Part shown: positions 19,775 through 29,746 of the stretch, piece after piece
How positions within the stretch are numbered: position 1 is the stretch's first letter
Layout of the letters: every line of letters starts with the position of its first letter
NCBI GenBank assembly: GCA_963678065.2
Contig: CAXXVZ010000003.1
Location: forward strand, 512,001-576,000
Reading direction: 5' to 3'
DNA from: Treponemataceae bacterium
GTDB lineage: Bacteria; Spirochaetota; Spirochaetia; Treponematales; Rectinemataceae
Length of the DNA stretch: 64,000 bases
Notes under the pieces: model-generated
Database searches by the model: none
What the model was told of the DNA's origin: nothing
What the model saw: the letters and a program-made list of their open reading frames with translations, nothing else
Translations under genes and position numbers: made by a program

Positions 19775-19802
19775 AAGCCCGTCCTTTGGGACGGGCTTTT
19801 TT
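19775..19802 (+). terminator. intrinsic terminator of the V-ATPase operon
   Basis: AAGCCCGTCC-TTTG-GGACGGGCTT followed by T-run. Confidence 0.85.
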
Positions 19803-19817
19803 AATGGAGAGTCCGAG

Positions 19818-20894
19818 ATGGATTCCAGAGAAGCAACGCGAATAGTCAAGGCCGGTTCCGCGATGATCGGCGGCTCCTGGCCCGTTTCGATCCAGACAAT
19901 GTGGAAGTCGACCCTCGATCTGAGTGAGGCCGGAGCGATGGATCAGGTCCTTTCCCGGATACGGAATCTTTCGGAACTCGGCTGCGATATCCTTCGCTTC
20001 GCCGTGCCCGATCTCGACGCGGCAGAATCGCTCGGGCGGCTGGCTCTTGCAAGTCCGATGCCGCTCGTGGCCGACATACATTTCGACTGGCGTATAGCCC
20101 TCCGCTGCATGGATTTCCCGATTGCAAAAGTGCGCATCAATCCCGGCAACATCAGGGCGAGGTGGAAGGTCGAGGAAGTCGTCGCCAAGGCGAGGAACAC
20201 GGGCACGGCGATCCGCATCGGCGTCAACGCGGGCTCCCTGCCCGAAGATTTGCGGGGCAAAACCGACAGGGCCGCGGCCATCGTCGAGGCGGCCGAACGC
20301 GAGGTCGGCGTTTTCGACGAGCTGGGCTTCTCCAATGTGCTCGTATCGATGAAGGTGAGCGATGTCGCCGAGACCATCGCGGCCAACCGGCTCTTTGCCG
20401 CGCGCCACGACATTCCCCTCCACCTTGGCGTCACGGAGGCGGGTCCCCTCATTCCCGGAATAGTGCGCAACACCGCCGCCCTCGTCCCACTTCTCGGAGA
20501 GGGTATCGGCGCGACGATCCGCGTCTCGCTCTCGGACACGATGGAGAATGAGGTGATCGCCGCGAGGGAGATCCTGTCCTGTGCGGGAATGCGCTCGGGT
20601 GGAGTGAAAATAGTATCCTGTCCCCGCTGCGGCCGTGCCGGCTTTGACACGCACGAGTTCACCCGCACATGGGCGCCGAGACTCTACGCCCTGAAAAAAG
20701 ACATCGTCGTCGCAGTCATGGGCTGCGTCGTGAACGGACCGGGAGAGGCCAGGCACGCCGATCTGGGCATCACGGGCGCCGGAGACAGGGTTGTAATTTT
20801 CCGAAAGGGAGAAGTGGTGCGGACGGTGACTCCCTCTGAGGCCGATGAAGCGTTCCGCCAGGAACTCGAATCCTTGAGCGCCTCGCAAGAGTAA
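19818..20894 (+). CDS. ispG: HMBPP synthase
   Basis: PLVADIHFD, RINPGN, RIGVNAGSL, SCPRCGR, MGCVVNGPGE. Confidence 0.95.
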   Translation: MDSREATRIVKAGSAMIGGSWPVSIQTMWKSTLDLSEAGAMDQVLSRIRNLSELGCDILRFAVPDLDAAESLGRLALASPMPLVADIHFDWRIALRCMDFPIAKVRINPGNIRARWKVEEVVAKARNTGTAIRIGVNAGSLPEDLRGKTDRAAAIVEAAEREVGVFDELGFSNVLVSMKVSDVAETIAANRLFAARHDIPLHLGVTEAGPLIPGIVRNTAALVPLLGEGIGATIRVSLSDTMENEVIAAREILSCAGMRSGGVKIVSCPRCGRAGFDTHEFTRTWAPRLYALKKDIVVAVMGCVVNGPGEARHADLGITGAGDRVVIFRKGEVVRTVTPSEADEAFRQELESLSASQE

Positions 20895-20933
20895 AAGAAC
20901 GAGGCGGGAACTGGAGCTCCTGCCTCGTCTTTT
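20894..20933. terminator. putative bidirectional terminator between ispG and the ArsR gene
   Basis: ACGAGGCGGGA/TCCTGCCTCGT stem flanked by AAAAG and CTTTT. Confidence 0.6.
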
Positions 20934-20981
20934 CCGGATCATCAGGAATCCTGACTCCGTCCGCGAATCCGGCTATCGACC

Positions 20982-21314
20982 TCAGGATTCGCCTTTCGGT
21001 TTTGCGGGGAGGTCTATCCCTTCCATGATCGTACGGATTATCTCTTTTATGAAGGGGTCGACAATCGTGTAGACTCTCTTTGTCTTCTGCACCTCAGCGT
21101 TCACAATCCCGTATTCCTTGAGAATGGACAGATGCTGCGAAATGACCGGTTGGGGCTGTTGCAGACAGTGCCACAGGTCGCTCACACAGGGGTCCTCATC
21201 GCGCTCGATGAGGCAGAGCAATTTGAGCCTGATCGGATGTCCGACGGCCTTGAGCTTCTGGGCGTGAGATTCAATATATTCGTCCGGGCAGGGAGTCAAA
21301 TTTTCATCAGCCAT
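20982..21314 (-). CDS. ArsR/SmtB family transcriptional regulator
   Basis: KAVGHPIRLKLL, CVSDL, QPVISQHLSILK HTH. Confidence 0.9.
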   Translation of the reverse strand: MADENLTPCPDEYIESHAQKLKAVGHPIRLKLLCLIERDEDPCVSDLWHCLQQPQPVISQHLSILKEYGIVNAEVQKTKRVYTIVDPFIKEIIRTIMEGIDLPAKPKGES

Positions 21315-21334
21315 ATCGATATATTACAATCCAT

Positions 21335-22066
21335 TTATGGTTTCAGCAACAGGTGAAACGGATTATTATTAACTGAATTGTCGATGTACGCCATGATTTC
21401 GGAACGATCGTCCCGATTCATGGATTCGAAAACGAGATTCATGGGAGAATGTGCACATTCCAGGATTACTCCGAAATGCATTGTCTTTCCCCCGAGCGAC
21501 ATGGCGCAGTCCGGAAGGAGTTCTCCGCGAAAAAGCTCGGCTGAAAGGTCGGAATTGTCCGGAACTGCCTGCAGGCCACAGGCGGACAGGCTCCGCACAG
21601 AGAAGGACATGGGTATGAGCCGCCTCGGATGCAGGACCACGAGCCGGGGAGAATCAGCCGATCCATTCCTGAATCTCAGCACCGCACGGCCTGTCCGGCT
21701 TTCGCCCGCCGACATCGATGCCAGATACGCGAACAGGCGTTCCGCCGACTCGCGTCCGCCCGCAGGATCGAAGAGGAGCCCGTCCATTTCCGCCCCGATC
21801 CCGGACTGTTCCGCTTTCCCGGAGAGTATGCGGAGAACGGGGAAGTGTCGCGAGGAGGGAAGGGCGGCCATCATGCCGGCGGCAAGTGCACAGTGATGGG
21901 GGAAGCTGTCGGCATCGATGATGAAGACGTCAGGGCCGATGTCGAGGGCGTTGTCTATGGCGCGCAGGGGGTCGGAGTAGCTGATGCAATGGAATCCTGC
22001 CTCGGTAGCCAGACAGGAAAGGCTGGAGGCTAGGGCGGAATCGCCGGCCAGGAGAAGTGCTTGCAT
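21335..22066 (-). CDS. receiver-like plus PilZ-like domain protein (degenerate)
   Basis: N-terminal REC-like pattern (YSDPLRAIDN...PDVFIID); C-terminal SLSACG...F PilZ-like pattern. Confidence 0.55.
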   Translation of the reverse strand: MQALLLAGDSALASSLSCLATEAGFHCISYSDPLRAIDNALDIGPDVFIIDADSFPHHCALAAGMMAALPSSRHFPVLRILSGKAEQSGIGAEMDGLLFDPAGGRESAERLFAYLASMSAGESRTGRAVLRFRNGSADSPRLVVLHPRRLIPMSFSVRSLSACGLQAVPDNSDLSAELFRGELLPDCAMSLGGKTMHFGVILECAHSPMNLVFESMNRDDRSEIMAYIDNSVNNNPFHLLLKP

Positions 22067-22162
22067 CGATCGATACCTTTAATTCCCTTCGCGCTGGAAT
22101 ATAGTCACGAATCTTCGTATACTGCCGTAAACTCACAGAATCGGAACATCCGGAACAATACG

Positions 22163-25100
22163 ATGAATAGAATCCGTCCGCAAGTGGTTTTCGACAGGCT
22201 GGCTTCGCACCGCCCCGTGAAGGATCTCCAGAGACGCCTCGCCTTGGGTCCCTTCCCGGTCGACATCGGCGAAGCTGAAGGCTCGTTTTCCTCGGCTCTC
22301 TGCGCCCTCCTCGCGCGCAAGGAAGGCTCGCGCCTTCTCGTCGTCGCCGCGACTGACCAGGAGGCCGAATCCCTGTGTTCGGATCTGTCCATACTCGGAG
22401 TCGATTCGCGCATGCTTCCCTGGTGGAGGACAGCCGCCTACCGTCCCGTGGCCACACGCTCACGCGTCTTCGGCGAGAGAGCCTCCGTCCTCGCCCAGCT
22501 TTGTGCCGGGGAATCCGGCATCATCGTCGCGAGCCAGAGAGCCCTCGTCACTCCGCTTCCCCCGCCCTCATGGTTCAAGGAAAAGGTCTTCATCCTTGAG
22601 CAGGGCGGCTCCATCGACCCTGCAGCGGCGGGCGAACGCCTCGCCTCATACGGATACATCCGCGTGCCGCGCGTATCCCTGCCCGGTGAGTTCGCGCTGC
22701 GCGGCGAAGTACTCGACCTCTTCCTGCCGGGAGAGGACGAGGCTCTCCGCGTCGTGTTCGACTTCGATACCGTCGAGCGGATCAGCAGGTTCGACCCCTC
22801 CATGCAGTCGGGCAACGACAGGGTAAAACGGATACCCCTGTACCCCATGAAGGAAGTCATATGGGATTCAGAGAGGATAGCCAAGCTTGGATCCGCGCTT
22901 TCCGGACTCAACGGCTGCGCCGAACGCGCTCCCGCTCTTCTCGAACATCTTTCGGAGCAGGGGGAGATGCGCGGGGAGGAACTCTGGTACAGTCTCGCCT
23001 TCGACAAACCCGCCTCAGTCCTGGATTACCTCGGTCCGGATGACCTGACTGTCTTTCTCGACCACGAGCGGCTCGTCGCCCAAGAGGAAGGCTGGCGCAA
23101 GGAATACGCGGGCATGTACCGCCAGGCCTTGCGTGAGATGCCTGTGCCTCCTCCGGACCGCTGCCTACTCCCCTTTGCGGCCGAGGAGGTCAAATCCGCC
23201 CGCTCTGTCCGTTCCTTTGCCCTCAAGGATTCGGAGAGCGCGAACAGGATCGCGATGGGAGTGGAGCAGCCCAGATCCTATTTCGGCAACATCCGGTATT
23301 TCAAGGAAGAACTCCAGGGATTCACCAGGGCGGGAAACGAGGTCTTCGTATTCGCCGAGACGGAGCCGCAGGCGGAGAGACTCGCCTCCCTCCTCGGGGA
23401 CTACAAGATTTCGGTCGCCGTAGCGGGCCTTTCCGCGGGATTTTCCATTCCCGCCCTGCAGCTGCGCATCGTGCAGGAAAACGAGATTTTCGGCAGGCGC
23501 AAGCGCGTTCCTAAATCGGTGCGGACAGCGCGCTCTGTCGCCATCGATACCTTCGTCGAACTCTCCCCCGGCGATTTTGTCGTCCACGTGAACTATGGAA
23601 TCGGTCGCTTCGCATCCATCGAGCGCATGCGCGTCCTCGGCAATGAGCGCGACTACATCAAGATCGAGTATGCCGACGAGGAGACTGTTTTCGTCCCGAT
23701 AGAGCAGGCCAACCTCGTCCAGCGCTACATCGGGAACGAGGGCGAGTCGCCGCGCCTGGACCGCCTCGGCTCGAAATCCTGGGAAAATCGCAAGAATAAG
23801 GTCAGAAAATCGGTCGAGGAGCTCGCCGAACGCCTGATCCGCATCTACGCGCGGCGCAAAGCGGCGAAGGGTTACTCTTTCCCGGCCGACACCGAGTGGC
23901 AACTCGCCTTCGAGGCAGCCTTCCCCTACGAGGAGACTCCCGATCAGCTCCGCTGCATCGACGAGGTCAAGAATGACATGGAGAGCTCGCGGCCCATGGA
24001 CAGGCTGATCTGCGGCGACGTCGGGTACGGAAAGACGGAGATCGCCATGCGCGCCTGCTTCAAGGCGGCTGTCGCGGGCAAGCAGGTGGCGCTTCTCGCG
24101 CCGACCACCATTCTTGCCGAGCAGCACTTTGAAAATTTCCGCGAGCGCTGCGAGAACTTTCCGGTCAACATGGCGATGCTCTCGCGCTTCGTCGAAAAAA
24201 AAGAGCAGAAAAAAACCCTCGAAGGTCTCAAGGAAGGGAAAATCGACCTCGTCGTCGGGACGCATCGCCTCCTCCAGAGGGATTGCCAGTTCAAGGATCT
24301 CGGCCTTCTCGTGATCGACGAGGAACAGCGCTTCGGCGTCAAGGACAAAGAGAGACTCAAGGAGATCAAGGCCACCGTCGATTGCCTCACGCTGACGGCG
24401 ACGCCGATTCCCCGCACTCTTCACATGTCGCTGCTCAAAATCCGCGATATGTCCGTCCTCCAGACCCCGCCCACGAACCGCCACCCCATCGAGACCATCG
24501 TCGAGGAGTTCGACGCCGAGACGGTGGCCAGGGCGATACGACAGGAAGTGGAGCGCGGCGGCCAGGTCTTCTACCTCCACAACAGGATCGAGAGTCTCCA
24601 GGAGATACAGATATTCCTCCAGCAGACTGTGCCGGAGGTCCTCGTCGAGACCGCCCACGGCAGGCTCGACGGCGCCGAGCTCGAGGACATCATGCACCGC
24701 TTCATTCACGGAGCCTTCCAGGTCCTCGTCTCGACGACGATCATCGAGAACGGCATTGACATACCCAACGTCAACACCATCATCATCGACCGGGCCGACA
24801 TGTATGGCATCTCGCAGCTCTACCAGCTGCGCGGACGGGTGGGACGCTCGGACCGGATGGCCTACGCCTACCTTTTCTACCCCGACCGAAGGGCTCTGTC
24901 GGAGCTGGCCATGAAGCGCCTCCAGATCATCTCGGACTTCACCGAGCTCGGCTCCGGTTTCAAAATCGCCATGAAGGATCTCGAGGTGCGGGGGGCGGGA
25001 AACCTGCTCGGTCGGGAACAGTCGGGCGACATCTACGCGGTCGGGTTCGACCTCTACCTCAAGCTCCTCGACGACGCCGTGTCCAAGCTCTCCAATGACG

Positions 25101-25558
25101 GGAAGGAGCTTGAGGAAGAGCCTTACCTCGAGCTGGAATACGCGGGCTACGTCCCCGACAGCTACATCGCCATGCCCATGGTCAAGATGGAGGTCTACAA
25201 GAAGATCGCCTCGATTTCCTCCCAGGCGGAGCTGGAAGCCCTTTACCAGGAACTCACCGACCGCTTCGGCCCCATGCCCGACGAGGTTCAGTCCATCCTC
25301 GCGCTGGCAGAAATCCGCATACTGTGCCGAAAGCTGTCCATCGCCAACCTGAGCGAACGCGGAGGCACGGTTCAGGTCGAGTTCTCCAAAGTTTCGAAAA
25401 TTTCCGTCGAGCGCCTCCTGCGTCTGATCCGGGAATCAGGCGGCAGGGTAAAACTCGATCCGCACAGGCCCAATGTCCTCCTCGTGAAGACGGGAACGAT
25501 AGGGCTGCGCGAAAAGAGCGAGTTCATCCGTGAAAGGTTGATTTCGCTCCTGGGCTGA
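22163..25558 (+). CDS. mfd: transcription-repair coupling factor
   Basis: CarD-like domain, GDVGYGKTE, DEEQRFGV, QLRGRVGRS, TRCF C-terminus. Confidence 0.96.
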   Translation: MNRIRPQVVFDRLASHRPVKDLQRRLALGPFPVDIGEAEGSFSSALCALLARKEGSRLLVVAATDQEAESLCSDLSILGVDSRMLPWWRTAAYRPVATRSRVFGERASVLAQLCAGESGIIVASQRALVTPLPPPSWFKEKVFILEQGGSIDPAAAGERLASYGYIRVPRVSLPGEFALRGEVLDLFLPGEDEALRVVFDFDTVERISRFDPSMQSGNDRVKRIPLYPMKEVIWDSERIAKLGSALSGLNGCAERAPALLEHLSEQGEMRGEELWYSLAFDKPASVLDYLGPDDLTVFLDHERLVAQEEGWRKEYAGMYRQALREMPVPPPDRCLLPFAAEEVKSARSVRSFALKDSESANRIAMGVEQPRSYFGNIRYFKEELQGFTRAGNEVFVFAETEPQAERLASLLGDYKISVAVAGLSAGFSIPALQLRIVQENEIFGRRKRVPKSVRTARSVAIDTFVELSPGDFVVHVNYGIGRFASIERMRVLGNERDYIKIEYADEETVFVPIEQANLVQRYIGNEGESPRLDRLGSKSWENRKNKVRKSVEELAERLIRIYARRKAAKGYSFPADTEWQLAFEAAFPYEETPDQLRCIDEVKNDMESSRPMDRLICGDVGYGKTEIAMRACFKAAVAGKQVALLAPTTILAEQHFENFRERCENFPVNMAMLSRFVEKKEQKKTLEGLKEGKIDLVVGTHRLLQRDCQFKDLGLLVIDEEQRFGVKDKERLKEIKATVDCLTLTATPIPRTLHMSLLKIRDMSVLQTPPTNRHPIETIVEEFDAETVARAIRQEVERGGQVFYLHNRIESLQEIQIFLQQTVPEVLVETAHGRLDGAELEDIMHRFIHGAFQVLVSTTIIENGIDIPNVNTIIIDRADMYGISQLYQLRGRVGRSDRMAYAYLFYPDRRALSELAMKRLQIISDFTELGSGFKIAMKDLEVRGAGNLLGREQSGDIYAVGFDLYLKLLDDAVSKLSNDGKELEEEPYLELEYAGYVPDSYIAMPMVKMEVYKKIASISSQAELEALYQELTDRFGPMPDEVQSILALAEIRILCRKLSIANLSERGGTVQVEFSKVSKISVERLLRLIRESGGRVKLDPHRPNVLLVKTGTIGLREKSEFIRERLISLLG

Positions 25559-26288
25559 GGCAAGCCGTCCTTCCTGCAAGGAACACTGCGGGGAACTTGC
25601 CCACGGAGCTCCGGTCCGCCCTCCATCCCCCGACACTGTCCGTCCTCACACTCTCCTCGGGGCCCGTGAGGGCGCGCGCGACGCAGAGCATGGTGTCCTT
25701 CGAGAGCGCGCCGAGGCAATCGTCCAGGAGTTTCTCGTTCCGGTACGGAGTCTCGATGAAAATCCTCGTCGCCCCATCGGCCCTGATGCCCCTGTCCAGA
25801 GAGAGCAGGACCTGCCTCCGGGCCGCCGTTTCGGGAGGAAGATAGCCCAGAAACGAAAACCGCTGCCCGTCCAGCCCCGAAGCCGACAGAGCGAGGATGA
25901 TGGAGGAAGGGCCGGAAAGCGGCACGATGCGGATGCCGCGCTCGTGGGCGAGCGCGACGAGGGCCGCCCCGGGATCGGCCACGCAGGGAATGCCAGCGTC
26001 GGAGATGATGCCGGTATCCTTTCCTGCCTCGAGGGGCGCAAGCAAGGCCGGCAGCGCAGACGCAAGGCTGTGCTCGTCCAGCACCTGCATGCTTGTCGCG
26101 GAGAGGGCGTCGCGCTCGGAAACCCGCGACAGGAGCCTCCAGGCCGCCTTTTCGCTCTCCACGACAAAATGCCGGAGCTCCCGTATGCGCGTGAGCGCGA
26201 CCGCCGGAATCTGAAGTTCAGGCGCGGCTCCTGTATCGCCGAATTCGCCGAGTATGTTGGGGATGAGATACAAAGTTCCTTTGTTCAT
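25524..26288 (-). CDS. RsmI-like tetrapyrrole-methylase family SAM methyltransferase
   Basis: LYLIPN, SDAGIPCVADPG, GPSSIILAL, FIETPYRN. Confidence 0.85.
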   Translation of the reverse strand: MNKGTLYLIPNILGEFGDTGAAPELQIPAVALTRIRELRHFVVESEKAAWRLLSRVSERDALSATSMQVLDEHSLASALPALLAPLEAGKDTGIISDAGIPCVADPGAALVALAHERGIRIVPLSGPSSIILALSASGLDGQRFSFLGYLPPETAARRQVLLSLDRGIRADGATRIFIETPYRNEKLLDDCLGALSKDTMLCVARALTGPEESVRTDSVGGWRADRSSVGKFPAVFLAGRTACLSPGAKSTFHG

Positions 26289-26332
26289 GTGTTCAGTGCC
26301 TTTGCTGCGATGCCCGCCGCGACTGGATGCGC

Positions 26333-27160
26333 CTAGTGCGCCAGGGCCTTGAATGCGAGTTCGGGAAGCCGCCCGAGGCCGGTGCCCGATTCCCCGAGCT
26401 TCTGTCTGTACTGCTTCCGGTATTCCTCCGAGAACAGATGGATCTCGTCATCCTCGATGGGGAGCCGGCGTCCCACGATGGCCGATTCCAGTTCCCTCGA
26501 GCGGAAGCATCGTTCGCCCGCCATGACAAGGTGGAAATCGTTCACGATCCCCTTGTCGATGCGGGCAGTCACCGCGAACACGGCAGTATCGGGCGCAGGG
26601 TACTCCTTCTGTCCCACTTTGACCACGATGTTCACATCCCATCGCTCGAGAGGAATGCGTATCCTCGCGATGATGGCGCCCGAGGGCAGGAAGGGAGAGC
26701 CCGATTCATCGGCGAGTCTGTTGATGTTGATCCACTTTGCCCCTCCTGCATTCCGCATCTCGATGAGGCCGTCCAGGCATGCGAGGACGGGCCACAGGTC
26801 CATGAATCGCGCCCTTGAGGCGATGTTGCCGCCAAGTGTCGCGAGGTTTCGGATAGGCAAGGTGGCCAGACCCCGTATCGCCTGCAGAAGCGAGGGCTGG
26901 ATCGATCCGGGGTTGTAGGCGGAAAGTTCCGACAGGGTGACTCCCGCTCCTATCTCCAGAAAACGCTCGGTGAGAACAAGCCTGTTCAGCTCGGGTATAT
27001 CGTGGATCGCGATGACGACAGGGGGAAACTCCAGAGTGCGTTTCCCCTGTTCCATCAGAATTCCTGTGCCGCCGGCGATCACGGGCGCATCGGGGTTCTT
27101 TTTCAGAAGTTCGAAAAGGGAGGGAAGATCCCTTGGAACATGTATCTCACTTGCCAGCAC
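26333..27160 (-). CDS. xanthine/CO dehydrogenase-family FAD-binding subunit
   Basis: IAGGT, IGAGVTL, IRNLATLGGNI. Confidence 0.85.
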   Translation of the reverse strand: MLASEIHVPRDLPSLFELLKKNPDAPVIAGGTGILMEQGKRTLEFPPVVIAIHDIPELNRLVLTERFLEIGAGVTLSELSAYNPGSIQPSLLQAIRGLATLPIRNLATLGGNIASRARFMDLWPVLACLDGLIEMRNAGGAKWININRLADESGSPFLPSGAIIARIRIPLERWDVNIVVKVGQKEYPAPDTAVFAVTARIDKGIVNDFHLVMAGERCFRSRELESAIVGRRLPIEDDEIHLFSEEYRKQYRQKLGESGTGLGRLPELAFKALAH

Positions 27161-27635
27161 GGTTGTAGAGTCTCCTCGCCCGGTATTCGGCGGCCAGAGT
27201 CACCGCCTGAACCAGGCTTTCGGGATCCGAGCACCTGCAATTCGCGCTCCCGAGATGCTCGAGTATTACATCCGAACGCGGATGGCCCTCTTTTCGCAGC
27301 AGGTCGGCCGTCACCATTATCTTCGCCGTATTACAGAAACCACAGGTGTAGAGCCCGGAATCCACAAACGCCAAGGAGATGTCCCTGCCTTCATCTGTCT
27401 CCAGGAGCCCTTCGACAGTGAGAATATCCGTCTCCCTCGCGCGGTAGGCCGGCACCATGCACGAAGGCACGAGCAGCGAGTTCATGAAGATGAGACAGCG
27501 GCCGCATCTTCCGGCCCTGCAATCGGGGCTCACCCCCGCGAGCCCGAATTTATCGCGCAGTACCTCGGAGAGCCTGTCGACGCTCCTGGCTGATATGGTG
27601 ACCCTGGAGCCGTTCAGCGTGAATTCGATGTTCAC
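27147..27635 (-). CDS. xanthine/CO dehydrogenase-family 2Fe-2S subunit
   Basis: CRAGRCGRC...C and CGFC...CRC cysteine clusters; GTGA overlap with upstream gene. Confidence 0.88.
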   Translation of the reverse strand: MNIEFTLNGSRVTISARSVDRLSEVLRDKFGLAGVSPDCRAGRCGRCLIFMNSLLVPSCMVPAYRARETDILTVEGLLETDEGRDISLAFVDSGLYTCGFCNTAKIMVTADLLRKEGHPRSDVILEHLGSANCRCSDPESLVQAVTLAAEYRARRLYNRAGK

Positions 27636-29746
27636 GGAGCCTCCATGGATTTGGCTATGTCCGCGTCCCTCACCGGCAGGTGGCTGAACTCGATTCCCGT
27701 GGCCTGGGAGACAGCCGAAAGGAAGGCCGCCGGAACAGTGTCGAAGGGAATTTCGTCGAAGCCCCTGAAAACGCTCTTCCGCCTGGGTTCCAGTATGTCG
27801 ACATGAATTCTTGGCAGCTCGGCCGGCACGAGCTGTGCATACCGGAAATAGGCTTCCGGCTTCATGTCCGAGGGATCGAGGTACTCGCGCATGCATGCGC
27901 CGAGGGCATCTATCACCGTCGCCCGGAGTCCCGACTCCGCCCGATGGAGCGATTCGAAATTCTCGGTATCGCTTCTCGACCCTCCTTCGACGACTATCCA
28001 CACACCGGTCGGTTTCACCGCCATGGTGAAAGGATCGATCTCGACCTCCACGACGGCCCCCCCCCACGTTGCATTCTCGAAAGGAGAGCCGGAAAGGTGA
28101 CCCGCGTTCCAGCGGAGAGTGTTTGTCATCCGATGCTGACAGCGGACCGTGATGGGCAAAGGATCGCGGAAGCGACGCTTCTGGATCTGCCTGCAGCAGC
28201 GGCCGACGAGGTGTTCGATGACGGCCGATCGGGACATCGTCATGGGACCGGAATTCGGCACCCGGTCAGTGGAAGGCGTGCCGAAACTGACGGAGTCCAG
28301 GGGGAGGTTGAGTATGCCCGCAGCCTCGCGCCTCCATCTGTCGAGCACAACATCTTCCGCCACGGCGGCGCTTGTCCTGAGCTCGAGTCTGAGCTGCATG
28401 TCGAGCGTCCCTTCGAGGGTATAGGAGTTCGGGCTGTCGCCCTTCAGGAAAAACATGCCCCCCTGATAGGCGAGGGCAAGGCCGATGCCCCGCATCGGAA
28501 GCTCAGACGCGTCCTTGCCCTTTCTCCGTATGGTTTCGTAAGAGGCGTACTTCCGGTTGAAGTCGCTTCCCGCCATGAGGCGGCTCGCGATGATCCCGCA
28601 AGGAGGCGTTTCCGCGACACTGTCTCCGCCGAGGAAGACGGAGTCCTTGCGCACCATATTGAGAAGCTTCCACCCCACGGGATTCTGACCGATGCTCTTG
28701 GCTATCTTGTCCGCATGCGCCTCTATCGCGAAGAACGAGTGCGAGGAGCCCATTCCCCCGAGGGCTCCGAGGGCCGGCGTGTTCGTCGAAACGGCGTAGC
28801 CTTCGATCCGTATATTCGGACAGCGGTAGATGCCTGTAGCCGCCATGATCGTCTGGCTGAGGATTTCCTCCGCCAATGGTGCGTGGGCTCCGACATTGAT
28901 CGAGAGGTGAATCATCAACCCCGAAAGGAGGTCGTTCTGGTCCAGAGCCGAATTGATGGTGACCGAGGACCGCGCCCTCTTCGGCGTGAAGAGGAAATCC
29001 TCCTGCCGCGTATAGAGAATCTTCACCGGTTTTCCGATGACGGTCGAGGCGATCGCCGCGTGGCAGGATACGAGCGAGGGATACCAGAGCTTGCCATCCA
29101 GATGTACACCAAGCCGCGTAGGGTGGACGACGACTTCGTCCTTCGCGCAGCCGAGGACGGCGGCGATCGAATCTCGGACATGATATGGCCACTGCGTGGC
29201 GCAAAAAACCGCAAGTTTGTCGTAATCGAAGTAGGCGAGGGCGCCCATCGGTTCGCTGTAGTAATGCTCGACCGACTCTGTCTTGTAGGTTCCTCCGTCT
29301 ATGCGCGCGGCGGAAGCGAAGGCCGCGTCGGGATCGCCTATCGTGACGACGCGCTTGGCCACGACCTGGGCGGAGGAGAAGGTTTCCCAGGCAAAAACAC
29401 CTTCCTCCTCCTCGCAGCGTACCGCGACTCTCGTGGCGAGCTCGTCGGCGATGATCTGGTCGGGACCGGCCACGAGGGCGACGGGTTCACCCTTGTAGCT
29501 CAGCCTTTCAGTCGCGAGGACGGGAATTTCCGAGGCAAAGGAGATGACCGAGTTCGTGCCGGCGATGTCGTGGCCGCGTATGAGGCTGTATCCCCGTGGA
29601 AAGGCCGGAGCCTCGACCGAGAGCAGTGTCCCCTTCGAAACCGGCGAACGCACCGTGGAGGCATGGTACATTCCCTCAAGCTGCAGATCCGAGAGAGATG
29701 TCTTGCCGGCCGACGACTTGTCGGGTTTCGGAAGGGAAGTTTTCAT
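27632..29746 (-). CDS. xanthine dehydrogenase-family large (molybdopterin) subunit, divergent
   Basis: VRSP hammerhead, GEPVALV, ATQWP, VVEVEID, C-terminal E...P...AV; Moco loops altered. Confidence 0.8.
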   Translation of the reverse strand: MKTSLPKPDKSSAGKTSLSDLQLEGMYHASTVRSPVSKGTLLSVEAPAFPRGYSLIRGHDIAGTNSVISFASEIPVLATERLSYKGEPVALVAGPDQIIADELATRVAVRCEEEEGVFAWETFSSAQVVAKRVVTIGDPDAAFASAARIDGGTYKTESVEHYYSEPMGALAYFDYDKLAVFCATQWPYHVRDSIAAVLGCAKDEVVVHPTRLGVHLDGKLWYPSLVSCHAAIASTVIGKPVKILYTRQEDFLFTPKRARSSVTINSALDQNDLLSGLMIHLSINVGAHAPLAEEILSQTIMAATGIYRCPNIRIEGYAVSTNTPALGALGGMGSSHSFFAIEAHADKIAKSIGQNPVGWKLLNMVRKDSVFLGGDSVAETPPCGIIASRLMAGSDFNRKYASYETIRRKGKDASELPMRGIGLALAYQGGMFFLKGDSPNSYTLEGTLDMQLRLELRTSAAVAEDVVLDRWRREAAGILNLPLDSVSFGTPSTDRVPNSGPMTMSRSAVIEHLVGRCCRQIQKRRFRDPLPITVRCQHRMTNTLRWNAGHLSGSPFENATWGGAVVEVEIDPFTMAVKPTGVWIVVEGGSRSDTENFESLHRAESGLRATVIDALGACMREYLDPSDMKPEAYFRYAQLVPAELPRIHVDILEPRRKSVFRGFDEIPFDTVPAAFLSAVSQATGIEFSHLPVRDADIAKSMEAP

